DNA from: Candidatus Wildermuthbacteria bacterium RIFCSPHIGHO2_02_FULL_45_25
Lineage (GTDB): Bacteria; Patescibacteriota; Minisyncoccia; Minisyncoccales; UBA10102
Assembly: GCA_001823215.1 (NCBI GenBank)
Contig: MHTV01000042.1
Coordinates: forward strand, 1 to 54,491
Reading direction: 5' to 3'
DNA length: 54,491 nucleotides
How positions within the stretch are numbered: position 1 is the first letter of the stretch; every line of letters starts with the position of its first letter. The notes under the pieces were generated by a model. It was not told the DNA's origin, ran no database searches, and saw only the letters and a list, made by a program, of their open reading frames with translations. The position numbers and the translations under genes were made by a program. Below, in pieces: positions 44,795 through 54,453 of this stretch.

Positions 44795-45358
44795 CTAGAC
44801 AAGCAATTTCAATAATTCCGGGAATTTTTCTTTTTCCATATCCTCTAACGTAAAATGCCCTTTATTAGAAAAAGTATGCAACTTGGCTTTGGGCAAAGCG
44901 GCGCAAATCATATCCACCGATTGCTTCACCCCTTCCACTGTATCATCGGTAGAATACACAACAATAATTTGCCCAACCCGATCCTGCAAAGTTGCGTCAA
45001 CAGTAAAATCCAGAAAATCCTGGCGCTTGCGCATCTCATCCAGATAAGGCGCAACAAGCGCAAGTTTTTCTCCTTCCTTTTTATTTTCTCCAAGCCAGCG
45101 CAACAGAAAACCAGCTCCGCAGCTATGGCCCACAAGAAAAGTTCCTTTCGTAACTTCAAACCGATCCATCACCCTTTTCCATTTTTCATATCGCGGCTCG
45201 TATGGGGCTGGCATTTCCGGTGTCTGCGCCTGAATTCCTCGTATCGCCAACTGCTTTTGAAGCCATGGAAACCAATGGCTGTTGGAGCTGGAAGGAAACT
45301 GTTCGCTTAAAAATTCCTCCTTACTCGCACATCCATGCACTAAAATCGCGTTTTTCAT
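44795..45358 (-). CDS. YdeN/RBBP9-like alpha/beta serine hydrolase
   Basis: 187 aa with a GHSCGA nucleophile elbow and conserved HWFPWL near the N-terminus. Confidence 0.8.
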   Translation of the reverse strand: MKNAILVHGCASKEEFLSEQFPSSSNSHWFPWLQKQLAIRGIQAQTPEMPAPYEPRYEKWKRVMDRFEVTKGTFLVGHSCGAGFLLRWLGENKKEGEKLALVAPYLDEMRKRQDFLDFTVDATLQDRVGQIIVVYSTDDTVEGVKQSVDMICAALPKAKLHTFSNKGHFTLEDMEKEKFPELLKLLV

Positions 45359-45386
45359 ATTTTATTTTACCAGACTTTGCTATATA

Positions 45387-45424
45387 CAAAAAGGGTCCCA
45401 TCGGGAATACTCCCGATGAAACCC
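45387..45424 (-). terminator. terminator of the first ACP gene
   Basis: On the minus strand, gggtttcatcggga-gtat-tcccatgggaccc (the two imperfect positions become G-U pairs only on this strand) is followed by tttttg. Confidence 0.6.
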
Positions 45425-45439
45425 TTACATCCCCTTCTT

Positions 45440-45706
45440 TCAGCTTAATTCCAAAACTCCTTTCACATATTCTATTATATCCGCGACGCTTTCAAACCCA
45501 AACGCATTTTTATGCGGAATTTGGAATCGTCGGCCAGATTGCATAAACGTTTCTTGCAACGCTTCCACAAGCTGGACGAGATTCAAAGAATCTATCCCTA
45601 GATCTGCAAGCAAATCAGTCGGATGGACGGAGCGCATACCAGGGACATCCGCAGGACTGCAATGCTCCTGTATAACCTCAATAACCCGACGTTCAATTTC
45701 CGGCAT
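45440..45706 (-). CDS. acyl carrier protein-like (PP-binding) protein
   Basis: LADLGIDSLNLVQLVEAL contains the DSL phosphopantetheine-attachment serine. The start is set at MPEIERRV (45706); the longer track ORF adds a non-ACP-like extension. Confidence 0.7.
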   Translation of the reverse strand: MPEIERRVIEVIQEHCSPADVPGMRSVHPTDLLADLGIDSLNLVQLVEALQETFMQSGRRFQIPHKNAFGFESVADIIEYVKGVLELS

Positions 45707-45828
45707 ATCAACCCTCCTGAAAAAACTAGCGCTAGAATAGACCTTCAAAGCAACTTTGTCAATAATGAAACTTATCCTAGCATACTCCCGATGAAACCCT
45801 TCTATACGGAAGCTGCCCGCAATATCTT

Positions 45829-46086
45829 TCATTTCATTGCCAAAGCATCGCGAAGTTCATCAACTTTATCTTCCAACTTCTCAATTCTCCGTTGATGATC
45901 TCCAATCAAAATTCCTTCAATGCGATCAAGTCGTCCGTCAATGCCATCAAAGCACTCATCCACAATGTTAAACCGAGTATCCATTTCTTCTCGCATCTGC
46001 ATAAATTTTTCATCCACCCCATGAAAACCCTCGGCAATCATCCGCGCTAACCCTTCGTTTGTAACTTCGCCGTGATTGTTTTGCAT
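45829..46086 (-). CDS. small coiled-coil hypothetical protein
   Basis: Heptad-like acidic sequence (DGRLDRIEGILIGDHQRRIEKLEDKVDELRDAL). The start is set at 46086, because the longer ORF overlaps the upstream gene. Confidence 0.5.
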   Translation of the reverse strand: MQNNHGEVTNEGLARMIAEGFHGVDEKFMQMREEMDTRFNIVDECFDGIDGRLDRIEGILIGDHQRRIEKLEDKVDELRDALAMK

Positions 46087-46159
46087 ATTCCCATTATATG
46101 CCTCCCTCCAAACCCCGCAACCTGCTCCGACATTTTCTTTACAAATTAACTGCTTTCCA

Positions 46160-46639
46160 TCATCCGCGCAGAACCCCGCCTGAAAAGCTATGGCGAAATA
46201 CAACCTCGTCTTTGTGTAAAATCTGTTCCTGTCCTTCAAAACTTGCGATATCTCCAGTCCATTCACATATATATTTCCATTCGCCTTGGGCAAACTCTTT
46301 TGGCCCGCGCGGCTGAAATACTGTCTTCTCTCCTTGAGATAACACAATTTTCAAAAACTCATAAGTCTGATTGGCAAAATGCTTATCATTTTGATACGTG
46401 CGTTCCATTCCGCCGCTATACTGCTGTGTCCAAATCGGATTACCCCCATACCAAACAACTTCTTGCCCGGCTGAAGTGAAAAATCCGGCATAACTGTCTC
46501 GATATGCAAACTTTCCTTCCGCATATTCAAATTCCGTAAAACCAATCCGTTGACTTTGAGCTTTGCCTCCATTGCCAGCATACGTCGCCTTCGTTGCTTT
46601 CCCCAAAAATTCATGCAATTCTTCAAGTGAATATCCCAT
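46160..46639 (-). CDS. hypothetical protein (possibly DUF5680-like)
   Basis: Soluble protein of about 159 aa starting MGYSLEELHEFLGKATKATYAG. The family call is from memory and weak. Confidence 0.5.
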   Translation of the reverse strand: MGYSLEELHEFLGKATKATYAGNGGKAQSQRIGFTEFEYAEGKFAYRDSYAGFFTSAGQEVVWYGGNPIWTQQYSGGMERTYQNDKHFANQTYEFLKIVLSQGEKTVFQPRGPKEFAQGEWKYICEWTGDIASFEGQEQILHKDEVVFRHSFSGGVLRG

Positions 46640-46903
46640 ATTTTTACTGTAGCAAAACTTCGATAGCATAAAAAGTAAACCTCGGTCAGCTTGTCGCCGA
46701 ACCGAGGCCATTGAACTCGTTATAAGAGAAACTATTCAGCTATAATCGCATCCCCCACGTCAACGAAACCAGATTGGATAACTTCAGCGAGAATTCCGCC
46801 GCAATTGGTAAAAGCAGAAAGAAGAAGTCAAAACAATCATTTTTTGTATATATGTTCCAGCGAACTCTAGAATTTTATCCTTAGATTCTCTATAGTAAAT
46901 AAG

Positions 46904-47788
46904 ATGCATAGAACACAAATCGGTTTGGCACTAGGCGGCGGAGGCGCAAGAGGATTTGCTCATATTGGTGTACTGCAAGCGCTCGAGCAAGCAGATATAG
47001 AAATTCGCTGTCTATCTGGCACTTCCATGGGAGCTGTGATCGCCGCTGGATATGCTCATAAAAAAGATCTTAAGCGTCTAGAAAAGCATGTTTTAGATTT
47101 TGCATACTTGGATTTCATCAAATATCATAATCGAAACATCTCTATAGACATACATAAACTCATCGCGTACTTTGACGATTATCTCGAAAATTCAGATTTC
47201 AGCGAATTGCAAATTCCCTTACAGATATTAACCGCAGACTTAAAAGAAATGCGGGGGTTTGTAATCAATCAGGGTAAAGTGTCCAGAGCAATTGCCGCGG
47301 CCTGCACAGCGCCTTATATCCAGAAACCGATTCAATATGGAAACCGCTTATTAGTTGACGGCGGAGTGCTTTCAGATGTTCCAATTGAATTAGTTGATAA
47401 TCCTATTATTGATATGATTATCGGAGTAAAAGTGGCCTCAAAGCATCCGCGCGATGAGAGAGATGATTTTTCCATGAATAAACTTCAAAAACTAATGATT
47501 TCAAAATTTCCTCTCTTGTCATTTCTTTGGCATAAGCAAATAAGCGCATATATGAGGCATTCCAAAAGAATTGTTCATAACGAACTCGCGCAATTAAGAA
47601 TTGCTATGGTCAAAAAACCACTTGTCTTGATTGAACCGGAGCTTGGAGATATGAGTACCTTCTCATTCGACCAAGCCGATAAAGCCATAGAAGCCGGATA
47701 TATTGCTACTATCAAAGCGTTACCAACTTTGCGAAGCGCAGATTATTCGAATAGAGCGAATCAGGAAGTTTTACGTTCTAGTTTTTAG
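46904..47788 (+). CDS. patatin-like phospholipase
   Basis: Oxyanion GGGGARG, nucleophile GTSMG, and catalytic DGG motifs at canonical spacing. Confidence 0.9.
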   Translation: MHRTQIGLALGGGGARGFAHIGVLQALEQADIEIRCLSGTSMGAVIAAGYAHKKDLKRLEKHVLDFAYLDFIKYHNRNISIDIHKLIAYFDDYLENSDFSELQIPLQILTADLKEMRGFVINQGKVSRAIAAACTAPYIQKPIQYGNRLLVDGGVLSDVPIELVDNPIIDMIIGVKVASKHPRDERDDFSMNKLQKLMISKFPLLSFLWHKQISAYMRHSKRIVHNELAQLRIAMVKKPLVLIEPELGDMSTFSFDQADKAIEAGYIATIKALPTLRSADYSNRANQEVLRSSF

Positions 47789-48023
47789 AAATATCCTGAT
47801 GACTTAACACGTAATCCGCCACTTCTTTCACCGTTGTTACCTTTATGATTTCCGCGGGATTGATAACGATATTATGCTTATTTTTCAGAATAGAGATAAA
47901 TTCAATAATATCCATGGAATCTTTTGCCACATCTTCGAGAGGCGTTGCACTATTAATTGAACCTCTTTTCTGCTCAAAAACAGCTTCGATTATTTCAATA
48001 ATTTTTTGTTCAGTTAGTTTCAT
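47778..48023 (-). CDS. acyl carrier protein
   Basis: 81 aa with DSMDIIEF (DSx attachment site) at the canonical position. There is a 4-nt overlap with the upstream PPTase gene. Confidence 0.8.
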   Translation of the reverse strand: MKLTEQKIIEIIEAVFEQKRGSINSATPLEDVAKDSMDIIEFISILKNKHNIVINPAEIIKVTTVKEVADYVLSHQDISKN

Positions 48024-48667
48024 TGTAAATAGGTTATCTTCACTATACGTTTTTGAATCTCCTCATAGGGATAACAATAACCAATAACATATCCTTCACG
48101 CAAAAATACTTTTGCAAACCACTTTGAGCATTCAACGATTACAGAATAATCTTTTTTATCTTTCTCTATTTTCATATCCGTAAATGGATAAGCGATGCCT
48201 ACTCCCAACGCCTTGGATACTGCTTCTTTCATAACCCATATCTTTGTTACTATTGTATCTGGATTTTCTTCATCAAACAAACTTATTTCCTCTTCTGATG
48301 CGATGCTTCGCAATAGACTCTCCTCATGGTTTCGGATCAACTCTACATCTACGCCTATCTTAAAAAAAGCTGCGCCAGCTATACCTAATCCATAAGAATG
48401 CGCGATAGAGCAAAACATACTGGATATATCTAAAACTGGCTTACCAAAATTGTTATACTGAATTATAACCTTTTTAAAATCATTTTCTGAAACTGAATGC
48501 TTTACCGCAATCCTTCCTAAAAGTTTATCGCGGAGCTTGTTACCTTGGAAATTTCCAGAAAGATACGTTAATTCATCAGAAGAGAAATATTCCTCTTCTA
48601 CAACTTTATCTGACAAGTATGAGCTACTTACTACGACAAGTTGCATATGCATAAACTCTTGAAACAT
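48020..48667 (-). CDS. Sfp-type 4'-phosphopantetheinyl transferase
   Basis: GVDVE metal-binding motif and WVMKEAVSKALG motif. About 215 aa, which is Sfp size. The exact start is uncertain (48667, 48652 or 48646). Confidence 0.8.
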   Translation of the reverse strand: MFQEFMHMQLVVVSSSYLSDKVVEEEYFSSDELTYLSGNFQGNKLRDKLLGRIAVKHSVSENDFKKVIIQYNNFGKPVLDISSMFCSIAHSYGLGIAGAAFFKIGVDVELIRNHEESLLRSIASEEEISLFDEENPDTIVTKIWVMKEAVSKALGVGIAYPFTDMKIEKDKKDYSVIVECSKWFAKVFLREGYVIGYCYPYEEIQKRIVKITYLQ

Positions 48668-50161
48668 AAAAATATGGAGTCATTCTACCAATTCCTTTCT
48701 CTTTTTGAAAATTATGGCGATAACGAATCTTTATGCACATCCGATGAAAGTATTAAATTTACTTATAGGAACCTTGCGAAAGAAATAAAAAACTTTAGCC
48801 ATTTCGTATCAACCAGAATAAAACCCGGACAAAGAGTTGTTTTATTAGATCTGCATGGACCGCATTGGGTTATAGCATTCTTTTCAATTGTTCTTAATAA
48901 AGCGATCGCTGTGCCGATAGACAAAAGAATGAATCAAGCATTACAAGAAGAGATATTCAAAATGGTGGACGCGGAACTCTTAATCACCTGCAATCCATAT
49001 ATAAAATTTCCAAAAAGAATAATCGTCTATGAAGAAGAAAAACTGCCAAGTTCAGAATGGAAACCAGAAAAAGTAGCATTAGATACCCTCTGCGAGATCA
49101 TCTTCACATCCGGAACTTGGGGAAAACCAAAGGGAGTAGCACTAACTCACAGAAACATCCTCTCTAACTTACATTCCGTTCTTCAGGTATACAAACCAAA
49201 ACAAGGAGAGAAGGTTTTATCGGTTCTGCCGCTTTCCCATGCATATGAACAAATGTGCGGCCTTTTACTCCCTATCGCGTCAGGTTGCCATATTATTTAC
49301 CAGAGCTCACTGGATAGCTTTTCATTATTACAATCCCTCCAGAAATTTAAAGTGCACTATATGGTTGTGGTGCCTCGCTTCCTCGAACTTTTTCAATCCA
49401 GTATTACCAGCAATCTCGGAAAATCAAAGCCGATTTTCTCTTTCCTGCTAAAAATCTCAAAGTATTTACCGAAATTCCTCAAGCAACTTATTTTTACTTC
49501 ATTACACAAAAAGTTTGGCGGCAACCTCAAAACCTTTATCGTGGGAGGAGCTCCTTTTTCAAATAATTTAGAGGATTTTTTCAAGACATTGGGATTTACC
49601 TGTATTATTGGATATGGTTTATCGGAATCTTCTCCTGTGCTGACAGTATCTCAAGAAAAGAAACGCCCCAAAGATTCAGTTGGGTACCCTATTCCCCAAG
49701 TTACAATAGCAATTGCAGACGATGGGGAAATCATCGCCTCTGGTCCAAATATCTCGCCAGGATACTGGCCATTAGAGCAATTTCATACCGGAGTATTACA
49801 TACAGGAGATATTGGCGCCTTAGACGAGAAAGGCAGACTCTATGTGATGGGAAGGAAGAAAAATATGGTCGTATTTTCCACTGGTGATAAAATTCAGCTT
49901 GAGGATATCGAGGATTCCGCAACCAAATTAGACGGGATATCAGAAGTATGCGTGATCGCAGTTGGCAAAAACAATTCCGAACTGATCCTTTTCTATACAG
50001 GAACCGCGAAAGAAGAAACAATAATCGAATATCTCAATCAAAAACTTCCGCTCTATGCAAGAATACACAAAGTTATAAAATGGCACGAGGAGAAACTCCC
50101 TTCCTCCCATACCATGAAAATCCAGCGAAATATTATTCGCAATACCTATGCAACAGACTAA
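48641..50161 (+). CDS. AMP-dependent synthetase/ligase (fatty-acyl-AMP/CoA/ACP ligase family)
   Basis: Adenylation cores TSGTWGKPKGV, GYGLSES, HTGDIG, GRKKNMVV and a C-terminal K (MKIQRN). The start may be at 48674 (MESFYQF). Confidence 0.88.
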   Translation: MHMHKLLKHKNMESFYQFLSLFENYGDNESLCTSDESIKFTYRNLAKEIKNFSHFVSTRIKPGQRVVLLDLHGPHWVIAFFSIVLNKAIAVPIDKRMNQALQEEIFKMVDAELLITCNPYIKFPKRIIVYEEEKLPSSEWKPEKVALDTLCEIIFTSGTWGKPKGVALTHRNILSNLHSVLQVYKPKQGEKVLSVLPLSHAYEQMCGLLLPIASGCHIIYQSSLDSFSLLQSLQKFKVHYMVVVPRFLELFQSSITSNLGKSKPIFSFLLKISKYLPKFLKQLIFTSLHKKFGGNLKTFIVGGAPFSNNLEDFFKTLGFTCIIGYGLSESSPVLTVSQEKKRPKDSVGYPIPQVTIAIADDGEIIASGPNISPGYWPLEQFHTGVLHTGDIGALDEKGRLYVMGRKKNMVVFSTGDKIQLEDIEDSATKLDGISEVCVIAVGKNNSELILFYTGTAKEETIIEYLNQKLPLYARIHKVIKWHEEKLPSSHTMKIQRNIIRNTYATD

Positions 50162-51299
50162 AACACTCCCCCTTATCCTCTTTATTCAATTTATTGAAAT
50201 TACTGCGTATGCAATGCTTCTTCCCTTAATTCCATTTTATGCCCAAACTCTTGGAGCGCATCCCCTTACGATTGGTTGGATATTTGCCTCCTATTCAATT
50301 TTACAACTGTTTACTTCGCCATTCCTAGGAAAACTTAGCGACTTACATGGAAGAAAAAGGATATTCCTTCTGGGTCAATTCGGCACATTCTTGGGATTTA
50401 TCATCCTTGGATTTTCAAAGACAATACCCCTCGTCTTTATTTCTCGCATTACAGATGGATTGACTGGAGGGAACCAAACTGTTTCTTATGCGGCAATCAG
50501 CGATATAACTTCTGAAAGAGATCGAGCAAAAGCTTTTGGTTATATGGGGTCAATTCTCGCGATTGGATTGCTTACCGGGCTTCCGCTTGGAATTTTTTTG
50601 TATAAATTTGGCTTTTCATTCGTCTCGTTTTTTGCAGCTGCCATTTTTCTCGGGAGTACCGTTTTGACAATATTCTTCCTTCCAGAAACAAGAACATCCA
50701 CAACACTTACTCATACCACAAAAAGCTCTTTCACGCATTACCTAAAAGACAAAGCTATTCGTTTAATCCTTCTAAGGATTTTATTTTTTACTCTTCCCCT
50801 GAATATTTTTATATTTGGGTTTTCTCTCTTTGTTCAAAAGCAACTGGATTTTAATGCGCAATACGCAGGATATTCACTTGCGTTTATGGGTATTATAGGT
50901 ATTCTCTTTCAAGTACTATTTTTCGGATCGATTGTTTCAAAACTAGGAGATACGAAAGCATCTTATTTGGGTTTTCTCTTATTAATAACAGGATTTTTTG
51001 TACTTTCGGCGGTAGTGTCGATTCCAATTCTCTTCCTATCACTTACTCTTATCATTTCAGGCACCGTACTCGCCACAAATACATTAAGCAGTTTACTTAC
51101 AAAATCAGTAAGCATTCATGAGTACGGTCATATTATTGGACTCAATCAATCAATAAACAGCATCTGCCAGATACTGGGTCCCTTGATAGCTGGTCTCCTC
51201 ATCGCGAGATTTGAGAACTGGATTTTTGGTTTCACTGCTGCTCTCATCGCATTATTTGGAATTTTGTTTAGCACCAAATTAAATAAACTCTATGACTGA
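50148..51299 (+). CDS. MFS transporter
   Basis: 383 aa with about 12 TM helices and an MFS loop 2-3 motif (GKLSDLHGRKR). It overlaps the ligase stop by 14 nt. Confidence 0.85.
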   Translation: MQQTKTLPLILFIQFIEITAYAMLLPLIPFYAQTLGAHPLTIGWIFASYSILQLFTSPFLGKLSDLHGRKRIFLLGQFGTFLGFIILGFSKTIPLVFISRITDGLTGGNQTVSYAAISDITSERDRAKAFGYMGSILAIGLLTGLPLGIFLYKFGFSFVSFFAAAIFLGSTVLTIFFLPETRTSTTLTHTTKSSFTHYLKDKAIRLILLRILFFTLPLNIFIFGFSLFVQKQLDFNAQYAGYSLAFMGIIGILFQVLFFGSIVSKLGDTKASYLGFLLLITGFFVLSAVVSIPILFLSLTLIISGTVLATNTLSSLLTKSVSIHEYGHIIGLNQSINSICQILGPLIAGLLIARFENWIFGFTAALIALFGILFSTKLNKLYD

Positions 51300-51313
51300 C
51301 CAATTATTCATCC

Positions 51314-52060
51314 TCATACCTCATCTGAATAATGACCATAAGGATATTTGAATTTCTCTTCGCTGTAAATCGGTCCGTGCTTTTTTATGTGCAAATAGCA
51401 CCGTCCCCATAGTAATAATAATTTCATTCTTCCCTCTTTTCGCAGTCTTCGGGGCGAAGCAAATACATAAGGGTGATAATATAAATGAAATGCCGCGCCA
51501 TTTTTTCGAGACCGTCTAAGATAATCAATATCCTCTCCAATGATAACGCCCTCCTTAAAACCGTTTATACTTTCATGATTCCTCTTTGTCGTAAAGATAA
51601 ATGATCCACCATTCAAGGGATCTCCAAATAATCGCGCGAGAGATATAAACGTAAACGCAATAACAATAAATAAGTAATCGAGGAGATTAAATTTGAGAGG
51701 GAGGTGAAATACAAACCCAACAAATTTTTCGCTGCGCGGTGTTTTTTGCGATAATGTATTCAGGAAATTATGAGGGAGCACAATATCAGCATCGAGGAAT
51801 AAAAGATATGTATATATTGCCTTTTCCGCGCCCCTATTCCTTTGATACGGAAGACCCCTGTGTACCTGTAGTATTTGTAAATCCTGAAGCTGTGTATGAA
51901 ATTTTCGAGCTTCGCTGACCGTATGATCTTGAGAATGTCCATCCACAACGATTACCTGAAGCTTTCCTTGAAAATTTTGCGACGCGATTGAATTGAGAAG
52001 TTTTGGTAGATATTTTTCTTCGTTGAGCGCAGGAATGACTATGGAAAGTTCTTTTATCAT
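51314..52060 (-). CDS. family 2 glycosyltransferase
   Basis: SIVIPALNEEKYL N-terminus and LDAD (DxD) motif. The start is set at MIKELSIV (52060). Confidence 0.8.
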   Translation of the reverse strand: MIKELSIVIPALNEEKYLPKLLNSIASQNFQGKLQVIVVDGHSQDHTVSEARKFHTQLQDLQILQVHRGLPYQRNRGAEKAIYTYLLFLDADIVLPHNFLNTLSQKTPRSEKFVGFVFHLPLKFNLLDYLFIVIAFTFISLARLFGDPLNGGSFIFTTKRNHESINGFKEGVIIGEDIDYLRRSRKNGAAFHLYYHPYVFASPRRLRKEGRMKLLLLWGRCYLHIKKHGPIYSEEKFKYPYGHYSDEV

Positions 52061-52124
52061 ACTATAGTATAAGATAAGTTTACTGTTATTTATAGAAAAA
52101 CAATTAATCTCGCACAACTTCACC

Positions 52125-53081
52125 ATGACTGTATTAGAAAAAATTGCCGCCCTGTATGACTCTGCTTCAGATATGCAGATCATATCTAATTATTCTCATA
52201 ACGGATGGGGAATATTTCTATTTGCGGTAGCTTGTCTCATGCTTCTTGCTGGCTTTGGCTATAAAAAGAAAATTCTATCTCATGCCGTGCCAATTATCTT
52301 GCTCTTCATGGAAGGAATTTTCCTTATCTATTTTTTCTTCAATCGAGGTATTGAAAAATCTCTGCTCGTAGGACAACTTATATTCACCTTTCCTGAGATT
52401 TATGTTCACATAGCTATGGCTACTTTCACCATTCTCGGAAATACTATTGAATTGCTCTATGTTGCAGGCAAAATCAAGAATCCGCTTGCGGCCTTCGCAT
52501 TTCCTTCATGGTTTATTGGTGTTGGATATCTGAACATCTTGCATCCCCATGCAGGACTTCATGACCCCGCAAATATGTTCTTTCATTCCGTGCTTGGATC
52601 ATTGTTTATTCTCACTGGAATCATGATTTTAATATATCGACTTATCAAAAATCCCGCATGCGAACTTGCGGCCATCATAACTGCTTCAGCCACTCTTATG
52701 GCTCTTTCAGCAATGCTTGTGCAATATAAAGAACCTATTCTCGCCTATCAAGTATATTTTCCAATAAGAGAAAGCGGCATACCTGCGCTTGATATGAAAG
52801 ATAAAGGGGCAATTTATATTTCAAAAGATGGAATGATCCCGCAAAACATTAAAATCAAAGCGGGAGGGCAAGTCGCATTTATTCAAATTGACTCTAGTTG
52901 GCATGACATTTCTTCAGGTCTCCATCCCATACATACTGAATACCCGCCGCTCAACATCGGCTTCTTGAAAGAAGGAGAAACTCATCTGGTCGTATTTCCG
53001 ACATCGGGAATTTTTGGCTTCCATGACCATATCAATGAAACCGATACAAGATTTCAAGGGAACATTGAGGTATATGACTAA
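52125..53081 (+). CDS. polytopic membrane protein with C-terminal cupredoxin-like domain
   Basis: About six TM helices, then a beta-rich roughly 100 aa (IKIKAGGQVAFIQIDSSWHDISSG...GFHDHINE...GNIEVYD) resembling plastocyanin/EfeO-type cupredoxins (inference). Confidence 0.6.
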   Translation: MTVLEKIAALYDSASDMQIISNYSHNGWGIFLFAVACLMLLAGFGYKKKILSHAVPIILLFMEGIFLIYFFFNRGIEKSLLVGQLIFTFPEIYVHIAMATFTILGNTIELLYVAGKIKNPLAAFAFPSWFIGVGYLNILHPHAGLHDPANMFFHSVLGSLFILTGIMILIYRLIKNPACELAAIITASATLMALSAMLVQYKEPILAYQVYFPIRESGIPALDMKDKGAIYISKDGMIPQNIKIKAGGQVAFIQIDSSWHDISSGLHPIHTEYPPLNIGFLKEGETHLVVFPTSGIFGFHDHINETDTRFQGNIEVYD

Positions 53082-54106
53082 TAGGTGAACAATTTCCCTT
53101 GCCATACTTTTTCGTTTGGATTACTTATGTATTCTTTTCTGCCGCCAATGGAATCCACCCATAGTTTTATATCTTGTATCCCATTGTTAAAATCATAAGG
53201 TGGATCATAATGCAAATCCCGCTTAATTTTTTCAATCGAAAGTGTTGATTCTTGAGAGAACTGTCTTACTATATCTCTTGTGAAAAGAGGTGTTTTTTTA
53301 TGAGAAAAGATTCGATTTTGCGTTTCAAACAAAACAGCGATTCCATACGCAGCAAGATAAGGTACGTTGTACACTCTCGGATGAAGATCAAAAGCAAGGC
53401 ATAATCTTTTCAAAAGCTCGTTTACGGTGAGTGTTTTATCATCTGTAACGTTGAAGATACGAAACATCTCCAATTTTGCCGCAAGAAGAAGTGAAACTGC
53501 ATAACAGATATTCCCCACATGCGTGATTGAAAATTCATTTGTTCCATCTCCAATCACAAACTCCTTGCCTCTTTCTGCAAATTTAAGGATACGAGGCACA
53601 ATATGCCGATCGCCTGGTCCATAAATTACATGGGGTCTTAAAATCGTAACTTTTCTATATTTATTTGAAAAATCTTTAACCATTCTTTCCGCTTGAGCTT
53701 TTGTAGCTCCATAGTTATTTGCGTATTTTTCTGGATATAGAGAATCCTCGGTCGCTAAATGCTTTCCATACCAAGGATTATACACACTTGCGGTACTCAT
53801 ATATATAAAGTGTTCCGCTCCTTCCGCAAATTCCAAAGCGCGTTTTGTGCCCATTACATTAAGGTCATACATATCTCTATAGCGTCCCCACGTGTCTACA
53901 AATCCTGCGCAATGAATAAAGATATCAGCTTCACACCTCTCCAAAATCGGGCGCGTTATATCCCACAGACGAAAATCAGCAAATTTGAGAAGGTTTTCTG
54001 CGGGTTTTGAACGTCCATACGCCACTATGTTATGTCCTTGAGATGAAAGATGTCTCACCAAATGAGATCCCACAAATCCCGTCGCGCCAGTTATTCCTAT
54101 TTTCAT
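53078..54106 (-). CDS. NAD-dependent epimerase/dehydratase (3-beta-HSD-like extended SDR)
   Basis: GATGFVGSHL Rossmann motif and catalytic YGATKAQAE (YxxxK). Confidence 0.88.
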   Translation of the reverse strand: MKIGITGATGFVGSHLVRHLSSQGHNIVAYGRSKPAENLLKFADFRLWDITRPILERCEADIFIHCAGFVDTWGRYRDMYDLNVMGTKRALEFAEGAEHFIYMSTASVYNPWYGKHLATEDSLYPEKYANNYGATKAQAERMVKDFSNKYRKVTILRPHVIYGPGDRHIVPRILKFAERGKEFVIGDGTNEFSITHVGNICYAVSLLLAAKLEMFRIFNVTDDKTLTVNELLKRLCLAFDLHPRVYNVPYLAAYGIAVLFETQNRIFSHKKTPLFTRDIVRQFSQESTLSIEKIKRDLHYDPPYDFNNGIQDIKLWVDSIGGRKEYISNPNEKVWQGKLFTY

Positions 54107-54111
54107 ACAAA

Positions 54112-54453
54112 TTATTTCTTAAAAAGCTCTTGCAGTTTTTTCTTATCAATCTTTGATTGACGGCCAAACCGAGGTAATTTCATGATACTAATTTCATCAG
54201 GAAGCGCATGTATATCTATAGAATATGTTCCACTCCGAATACTTCGTTCAACAACTTCTGCAACATTCTTATCTTCAAGATTATATGGCTCAACTACTAA
54301 AATAATCGCTTCATCTTCTGCTTGCTCATCTCGGATACCAATAAGAGCACACGCGGCGACACCTGGTATTTGTTGTATGATTGGTTCATAAAGTCCGGGA
54401 TATATATTAGACCCACTGCACAATAGCATTCGTGTGCAGCCGCAGGAAAACAC
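54112..54453 (-). pseudogene. C-terminal subdomain of an adenylate-forming enzyme (PaaK/F390-synthetase-like); N-terminal domain absent
   Basis: SGSNIYPGLYE (like GxNVYP), VVEP..., and KLPRFGRQSKIDKKKL (A10-type lysine). An in-frame TGA lies at 54478-54480 just upstream and the window ends at 54491, so this may be a truncation or an assembly edge. Confidence 0.5.

Noticed and set aside
45707-45832. 42-aa N-terminal extension of the ACP-like ORF.
   Set aside because: It is not ACP-like and contains the 20-nt repeat. ACPs are about 80-90 aa, which fits a start at 45706.
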